In this document: piece after piece, positions 41,576-47,285 of the stretch
Position numbering within the stretch: position 1 is the stretch's first letter
Layout of the letters: each line of letters opens with the position of its first letter
DNA from: a virus
Lineage: Duplodnaviria; Caudoviricetes
Length of the DNA stretch: 47,285 bases
Virus record (IMG/VR): IMGVR_UViG_3300046823_000179
Span: 1-47,285 of that record
Direction: 5' to 3' (one strand)
Program-made: the position numbers and the translations under genes
The notes under the pieces: model-generated
Told to the model about the DNA's origin: nothing
Databases searched by the model: none
What the model saw: only the letters and a program-made list of their open reading frames with translations

Positions 41576-43084
41576 TCAGGAGCTGACGAGCAGGCGGAAC
41601 GCGAGGTCGTTCGCCGACGACCCGCCGATGCGGGAGTAGGCGAACAGGCCACGCTGCCCGGTCGGCATGCCGTACGCGGAACCTGCGGTCGCCTGCTGGA
41701 AGATCTGCGGGATCAGCTCCACCGACATGCCGCCACGGCGGGCGATCACGTAGTTCGAGAAGTCGCCAGCGATCGCGTAGCCCTCGGTCGCCGTGGTCAC
41801 CGTGGTCGTGGTCGGCATATACGGCGACTCGTAGACCGGCCGCTGGAACAGCTCCTCGACCGCGCCCTGCGGCAGGTTCACCGTGTACGCGTGGTAGACG
41901 TTCGCCGCGCCGAGTTGCCGGATGGAGTTGTTCACGGCGACGTTCATCAGCCAGGACGCGTTGCGCCGGTTGCGCTGCGGGATGGCCTGCCACACGTTGT
42001 ACGGGTCGTTGACGGTGATGCCCGGGTTGGTCGCCACCTTCACGCGGACGTTCGTGTTCGCCGACAGGCAGGTCAGAATGCCCTTCGGCTCACCAGTGCC
42101 GGAGCCGCGGGTGAACTTGTCCACCAGCAGCTCGTCGTAGCCCGACGCCAGCAGCATCTGCATCTCACTCGCGAAGCCGGGGTAGTCCATCCCCACCTCG
42201 ATCGAGTACGGGATGAAGCCGCGAGCCATGAACACCGACACGATCGGCTGCGCCAGGGTCGGGCTGTCGTCGCTGACCGCCGCGGCCTCGGAGTCGAACG
42301 ACCAGGAGACGCCGGCCGAACTGACGCCCTTCCAGACGTTGGTGTTGACGTCGACCTGCTTCGCGATGGACAGGAACGGGTTCCCGCTGCCCTGCGCCGT
42401 CATGATGATCGACGGGTCGATGAACACCGGGATGCCGAAGCCGCCGGCGGTGGTGGTGCCCTCGCTCGCCGCCCGGTACTCCTGGTAGGCGCGGACCGCC
42501 TGCCGCTCGTCGTCGGACAGCAGGCCGACGGCGTTGGGGTCGGTGACGAGCTTCATCCACGCTTCGCGGTAGTGCTCGTTCTCGGTGACGAGGATGCGGC
42601 GGGCGATGTCGGGGTTGCGGCGGATCTGCTGCTCGACGTGGTCCTTCTCGTCGGAACGCAGGTGCGACGCGGCGTTGCGGTCGTCGAGCGTCCGCAGGGC
42701 CCGGTCGCGGGCCTCGGCGTTCGGCATCCGGCGCACGTCGCCGTACGCGTCGTCGCCGCCGGTCTTGATGTTCGCCAGGGCCCGCTGCACGGCGGCGGGC
42801 TTGCGGCGGAAGATCTCCTGAATGTTGCGGTGCTCGTCGATCTTCGCGATGGCCTTGTCGCGCAGCTTCAGGCCGTAGTCGAAGGCCTTCTGCTCGTCGG
42901 CGCTCTTCTCGCGAAGCTCGCCAGTGTCCTCGTCCTGGTGCAGCGAACGCAGGTGCGCGTCGAGGACCTCGACGTACCGGGCCAGCTCGTCGGGGGTCTT
43001 GCCGCGCAGCTCGTCGGGGGTGGAGTCGCCGGCGAGCGCCGTGACGTCCTTGCCGCGGAGCTCTTCGAGAATGTCGTCGTTCAC
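41576..43084 (-). CDS. major capsid protein (HK97 fold with delta domain)
   Basis: 502 aa; GGFGIP...GSGTGEPKGI...GDFSNY...GQRGLFAYSRIG. Confidence 0.95.
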   Translation of the reverse strand: MNDDILEELRGKDVTALAGDSTPDELRGKTPDELARYVEVLDAHLRSLHQDEDTGELREKSADEQKAFDYGLKLRDKAIAKIDEHRNIQEIFRRKPAAVQRALANIKTGGDDAYGDVRRMPNAEARDRALRTLDDRNAASHLRSDEKDHVEQQIRRNPDIARRILVTENEHYREAWMKLVTDPNAVGLLSDDERQAVRAYQEYRAASEGTTTAGGFGIPVFIDPSIIMTAQGSGNPFLSIAKQVDVNTNVWKGVSSAGVSWSFDSEAAAVSDDSPTLAQPIVSVFMARGFIPYSIEVGMDYPGFASEMQMLLASGYDELLVDKFTRGSGTGEPKGILTCLSANTNVRVKVATNPGITVNDPYNVWQAIPQRNRRNASWLMNVAVNNSIRQLGAANVYHAYTVNLPQGAVEELFQRPVYESPYMPTTTTVTTATEGYAIAGDFSNYVIARRGGMSVELIPQIFQQATAGSAYGMPTGQRGLFAYSRIGGSSANDLAFRLLVSS

Positions 43085-43872
43085 AGGATGCCTCTCAGGC
43101 GAAGCGCGTCGGAGTCGGCGCGCGAACGGATCGGAACGGGTGGCCGCTCGCCGTTTCCTGGCTGCGTACCTGCGGGGTCATCACCGTCGGCGCTCCGCGC
43201 GCCGGCGGTGAGGTCAAGGCCTGCGTGGGAGCGGAGCTCTTCGGCGAGCTCGCGCAGCATCAGGCGGTGCTCGTCAGGGGTCAGCTGCGCGAGCAGCGAC
43301 CGCACACCGACAGACGTGGAGTCATAGGCCGGGAACACGACCGGACCAAGCTCGAACAGCGGGTCGACACGCAGGATCGTGCGCTTCAGCGGCCCGCGGT
43401 CGCCCGGGTTCCACAACAGCTGGTCGAGTTCGCCCGCGTTGACCTTCGCGCCGGCGGCGTCGGTCCACTTCTCCTCGGCGACGGCGAACCGGAACGACAT
43501 GCCGGTGATCGCGCCGCCTTCGATGGCCTGACGGATCGGCTCGACGAGGTCGTTGTCGAAGAGGCGGCCCTGGACGAACAGGCCTTGATCGTCCTCGTTG
43601 AGCTGCTGGATCGAGCCGATCGGCACCGATCCGGTCCGCTGGTCGCGGCCGTGGTCGAACTGGAGCACCGGCATCCCGCTGCGCAGCGTCCGCTTGAACG
43701 CGCCGGGGGCGATCTCCTCGTCGAACTCGCCCTCCCACGACATGATCCGGGTGGGTGTGTTGAAGACGGCGGCGTAGCCCTGCAGGGTGCGACCGTCGCC
43801 GGTGTCGCCGGTCGCGCGGAACTCGGCCGCGCGCAGGCAGATCGTGGACGACTTCGTCTGGGTGGACGTCAC
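43081..43872 (-). CDS. HK97-family prohead protease
   Basis: LQGYAAVFN...EEIAPGAFKRTL...FDH...GMSFRF...LFELGPVVFPAY. Confidence 0.95.
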   Translation of the reverse strand: MTSTQTKSSTICLRAAEFRATGDTGDGRTLQGYAAVFNTPTRIMSWEGEFDEEIAPGAFKRTLRSGMPVLQFDHGRDQRTGSVPIGSIQQLNEDDQGLFVQGRLFDNDLVEPIRQAIEGGAITGMSFRFAVAEEKWTDAAGAKVNAGELDQLLWNPGDRGPLKRTILRVDPLFELGPVVFPAYDSTSVGVRSLLAQLTPDEHRLMLRELAEELRSHAGLDLTAGARSADGDDPAGTQPGNGERPPVPIRSRADSDALRLRGIL

Positions 43873-45284
43873 GGTGTGCCTCCGGTCGGTGGGGGAGTGG
43901 GAGCCGTGGTTCCCGGCGGCTGGAGTTGAACGGAGACGAGCCCGGTATGCCGGAGATCATTGGGATTGCCGCTAATGGCGTACGCCTTGATCGAATCCGT
44001 CTCGTAGCCCTCTTTGGTCAGGGTTGCGATAGTGATGGCCTGCATCTGCGTGATCTCGGCGACGTCCTTGGCGTCCTCGCGCAGGATCGGCATGTCCGCC
44101 GTGTCGAACCACAGCTCGGCGTCCTGCTGCCCGGTCCGCGGGTTCTTCGGCCGGACCATGATCGATTCGATCGACGCGCACAGGTCCTGCAGCGACGGAT
44201 AGATCCACGAGTCGGCGAAGATACGCCGGGCCATGCCGAAGTTGCCCGCGTTCAGCGACGACCCGGCCAGGCCCTCCGAGATGCCCAGCAGCGGCGCCGG
44301 GACGCGGCCGAGCATCGCGATCCGGGTCTCACCGGCACCCTGCGTCTGCTTGAAGTCCAGCTGCTTCAGATCGGAGCCGACAACCGTCGCATCGGCGCCG
44401 GCGGCCAGGTACAGCGTCCGGTAAGCGTTCGCGACACCGGCATGGCCCCGCTCGAGCCCTTCGACGATGTCCTCGAACTGCTCCTTGGACGCCGCGGTGA
44501 TGCCCTTGACCACCATGTTCGGGGTGGCCCCGTTGGTGAAGAACTTCAGCTTGTGCTCGGTCGCCGCCCGGTCGCCCTGGATGTCGGTCAGCGCGGCGGT
44601 GATCCATGACTGGCCCATGCCGGGGCATGCCGGGTCGGGGATCTGCGACCAGTGCGCGAACTCGTCGGGCAGTAGCGTGTTCATCTGCCCGCGGCCGACC
44701 CCGATACCGCCGTTCTGATACACCAGGCCGAGCAGCTCGCCGTCGAGCGCGGTCGCCGCGATCTCGTCCGGATCCTGATTCGACCCGAAGATCAGACCGC
44801 ACCAGTCCGGCCGCAGCACCCGCAGCCGGTCCGGCCGGCGCGCCACGAACGCGTTGCCGGCCAGGCCCGAGTGCCACTCCATCGTCGCGACCAGGTCGCC
44901 GGTCGTCGCCTTCGGCCACGGCCGCTCGAGCACCTCGAGTTCCCGGTTGCCGAACAGCCGGCGCGGCGTCGGCGACGACGGCAGGTTCCGCCAGGTGAAC
45001 CGCATCCCCGACAGCACCAGCGCCCGGACCATCTGCGCGGCGAACGCGGGCGGGCACCAGCGCAGCGCCGCCTCGTAACCGGGCAGGGTCGCGGCGATCC
45101 GCTGGACCTTCTGCCCGGCCATGGTCTGGCTCAGGCCGGTCACGGTCTGGTTCAGGCCGACTGGGTAGGTGGTGCCGTTGTACTGAAACTGAGACGGGAT
45201 CAGGTATTCGCTGATCCACTGGTCGGCTGAGAAGCGGCTCTCGTCGCGACCGCGGGCAGCGGCAATTCTTTCCAGCAGGCCCAC
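43869..45284 (-). CDS. portal protein (HK97-like)
   Basis: LAGNAF...LRPDW...FFTNGATP...IAMLGRVP..LLG; position. Confidence 0.92.
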   Translation of the reverse strand: MGLLERIAAARGRDESRFSADQWISEYLIPSQFQYNGTTYPVGLNQTVTGLSQTMAGQKVQRIAATLPGYEAALRWCPPAFAAQMVRALVLSGMRFTWRNLPSSPTPRRLFGNRELEVLERPWPKATTGDLVATMEWHSGLAGNAFVARRPDRLRVLRPDWCGLIFGSNQDPDEIAATALDGELLGLVYQNGGIGVGRGQMNTLLPDEFAHWSQIPDPACPGMGQSWITAALTDIQGDRAATEHKLKFFTNGATPNMVVKGITAASKEQFEDIVEGLERGHAGVANAYRTLYLAAGADATVVGSDLKQLDFKQTQGAGETRIAMLGRVPAPLLGISEGLAGSSLNAGNFGMARRIFADSWIYPSLQDLCASIESIMVRPKNPRTGQQDAELWFDTADMPILREDAKDVAEITQMQAITIATLTKEGYETDSIKAYAISGNPNDLRHTGLVSVQLQPPGTTAPTPPPTGGTP

Positions 45285-45301
45285 CGGTCACTCCGTTTCT
45301 G

Positions 45302-45517
45302 TCACGTGCGAGCGGCGGTGCGGGCCTCCTGCCAGCCCACCTTGACGGCGGCGGCACACCAGGCCGCGACGAGCCACAGCCCGGCGGCGGCCTTGTAGGT
45401 GATCCAGCCCAGCCCGAACAGCAGCCCGGCGATCACGGTCAGGACAGTCCGCCAGAAGTGGATCTGCCGGGCCTCGACGGTGATCCGCTCGGTCAAGGCT
45501 TCGTCGAAGAACGTCAC
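45302..45517 (-). CDS. small membrane protein between terminase and portal
   Basis: Two hydrophobic segments. Confidence 0.65.
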   Translation of the reverse strand: MTFFDEALTERITVEARQIHFWRTVLTVIAGLLFGLGWITYKAAAGLWLVAAWCAAAVKVGWQEARTAART

Positions 45518-45529
45518 GGGGTCTCTCTC

Positions 45530-46942
45530 TCAGCGCCAGGACGCGAAGAACGGCTGCACCTGCTCCGGCTGACGCGACACGACATGGAATGCCTTTGCCG
45601 CGCCGGACAGCGGCCCGATGTCAGCTGCGGATCGGCGATGGAACACGCGGGTGTCGCCGACGGGCCGCCAGGTGGCCTGCTCGACGGCGATGTTCGTGGC
45701 GGCCTGGTTGCCGTGCCTGATCCGCCGGTCGACGACCGCGTCGTAGAACGCCCCGTCGGCCTGCGCGGCCTCCCGGCCGGTCATCAGCACCGGCTCGATC
45801 CCGGACGCCTGCAACCCCTGGATCAGCGACCCCTCGGCCGCGCCGGGGTCCACGACGATCGCCACCGGCCGCCAGTCCGCGTTTAGCGCGAGCAGCCGGT
45901 CAGGCATCCATGCCGTGCCCGGCCGGTAGTCGATCGACTCCACCTGGACCAGGCCGTCGCCGCGCAGGATCGCCCCGGTGATCGCGCCCTTGGTGCGCTC
46001 CGGGTTGATCGTCGGGCAGAACACCACCGGCGAACGGTCCTGGCATTCCGTGTCGGCCAGTTCCGTCCACAGCGCCAGGTCGATCGCGGCGTCCCGGGTG
46101 CCGTCCGCCCAGATTCCGAGCCGCTCACGGGCGAACTCGATCTCTGGCAGGGCCGACCGCTCCGCCTCGACGAACTCCGCCTCGATGCGGATGCCGAGGC
46201 CGGGGTTCGCGGAAGCCCAGGCTTGCGGGTCGTCCAGGTCGGCGTCAGCGGGAGCCGACCACTCGAAGTACGCCAGCCGGCCGGACGAGCCTTCCTCGCC
46301 GCGCTTTTTGACCCGGGCCAGGACCTCGGAGTCTTCCTTGCCGGCGCTGGACGCGTACCAGACCTGCGGGTTGGGCCGGGCCGCCATCGTCGGCAGCAGG
46401 GCACCCATCGCCGAGCCGGGCAGGTTGTATGCCTCGTCGAGGATCACCACGTCGCCGGAGAAGCCGCGGCCCGAACCGGTCGAGCGGGCCACGAATCGCA
46501 GTCGGGCGCCGGACCGGAGTTCAATGCCTTCCTCGCCGTGCGAGGTCCGCACCCGCGAGACGAGCCGTTCCAGGTCGGGCGTGTTCTGCACCAGCGCCAG
46601 CACCCGCCGGAAAGCTTCCTGCGCGGTCTTGAACTCGTGCGCCGAATGGAGGATCAGCTGCTCGCCGAACAGAAACAGGCCGGCCAACTCGCGGGCCTCG
46701 AGGACAGCGCCCTTGCCGTTCTGCCTGCCGACGATCAGGCCGACCTCGAACGCAGACCACTTGCCGTCCGGACGTTCGCCGAGGGCGACCTCGAGGATGT
46801 GCCGCTGCCAGTCGTCGAGGATCAGGCCGGCCGAAGCCGCCAAGTCGGCAGCCTCCCCGCCGGCCGAACTGGCAAATCTCGGAGCGGAGCTAACTCGCGG
46901 CCTCTGCGCGCCGAGCAGCACGGCGCTTGGTGAGATCGTCAA
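45530..46942 (-). CDS. terL: terminase large subunit
   Basis: LDDWQ, Walker A GRQNGKG, Walker B VILDEA, ANPGLG, FARERLG, nuclease domain. Confidence 0.95.
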   Translation of the reverse strand: MTISPSAVLLGAQRPRVSSAPRFASSAGGEAADLAASAGLILDDWQRHILEVALGERPDGKWSAFEVGLIVGRQNGKGAVLEARELAGLFLFGEQLILHSAHEFKTAQEAFRRVLALVQNTPDLERLVSRVRTSHGEEGIELRSGARLRFVARSTGSGRGFSGDVVILDEAYNLPGSAMGALLPTMAARPNPQVWYASSAGKEDSEVLARVKKRGEEGSSGRLAYFEWSAPADADLDDPQAWASANPGLGIRIEAEFVEAERSALPEIEFARERLGIWADGTRDAAIDLALWTELADTECQDRSPVVFCPTINPERTKGAITGAILRGDGLVQVESIDYRPGTAWMPDRLLALNADWRPVAIVVDPGAAEGSLIQGLQASGIEPVLMTGREAAQADGAFYDAVVDRRIRHGNQAATNIAVEQATWRPVGDTRVFHRRSAADIGPLSGAAKAFHVVSRQPEQVQPFFASWR

Positions 46943-47147
46943 CGCTCGACTCCTTCACCGGGGCGAGGGACTCGAGCTCGGCGGTCACTGCCCGGAGCTC
47001 CTTGGACAAAGCGCAGGCGTCACGGGCCCCCGCCCAGTACGCGTGTTCGTTTTCTTCGGTTGCCTCGGCGACGCTGGTCGCTTCAAGGTGCTCAAGGAGC
47101 TTGTCTTGCAGCTGCTCAAGCAGGGTGCGACGGTCGATCACCATCAC
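46890..47147 (-). CDS. terminase small subunit (probable)
   Basis: ALSKELR...SVDDLTKRRAAR; overlaps terL start; first gene of the genome. Confidence 0.7.
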   Translation of the reverse strand: MMVIDRRTLLEQLQDKLLEHLEATSVAEATEENEHAYWAGARDACALSKELRAVTAELESLAPVKESSVDDLTKRRAARRAEAAS

Positions 47148-47285
47148 TGCCCCCTGTTACGAACAGTCACGGAATCACGTTGCGTTACGTGACGTATGGC
47201 CACCATCAGATCAGCTTTGACGTCACCCAGCGTGCCGGAAACGGTGTTGATCAAGCCCTGACCAGCATGGGGAGAGATGAGGGTT

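Noticed and set aside
41471-43327. Long plus-strand ORFs (e.g. 618 aa here, also 7795-9099, 21872-23281, 45978-47192)
   Set aside because: Antisense shadows of real high-GC genes, with no recognisable motifs

Overview
The window looks like an essentially complete ~47.3 kb genome of a temperate, high-GC actinomycete siphovirus, shown reverse-complemented. The host is inferred, plausibly Micromonosporaceae-like. It appears linearised between a packaging-type HNH gene (129-416) and the terminase genes (right end), and it carries an intact attP containing the 3' half of tRNA-Val(GAC), so this is the excised or virion form. From right to left on the minus strand it encodes: terminase, portal, HK97 protease, capsid, two glycosyltransferases (one fused to an FkbM-type methyltransferase), head-tail adaptor, a ~5 kb insert of Ser/Thr-rich, beta-helix and repeat proteins, tail genes with a -1 frameshifted chaperone, tape measure, a short tail-tip set and a lysis cassette. 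The centre holds an accessory region with a plasmid/AICE-type FtsK(TraB)-DUF2637 operon and two AlpA-like cassettes, then attP, tyrosine integrase and a repressor/Cro switch. The left arm has early genes (Xis-like, YqaJ/RecT, DUF6283, replication initiator, many small ORFs). The most unusual signals are: (1) an anticodon-less tRNA-like RNA with its own -10 box between the chaperone and tape-measure genes; (2) a ~335 nt multi-stem element directly upstream of the replication gene; (3) a conjugative-type transfer module inside a phage; (4) a glycosylation plus neck/decoration module whose proteins share an N-terminal motif and include a repeat scaffold; (5) an early gene apparently split by an HNH gene; (6) a 6C-like RNA. 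All family calls come from motif recognition by eye, not database searches.
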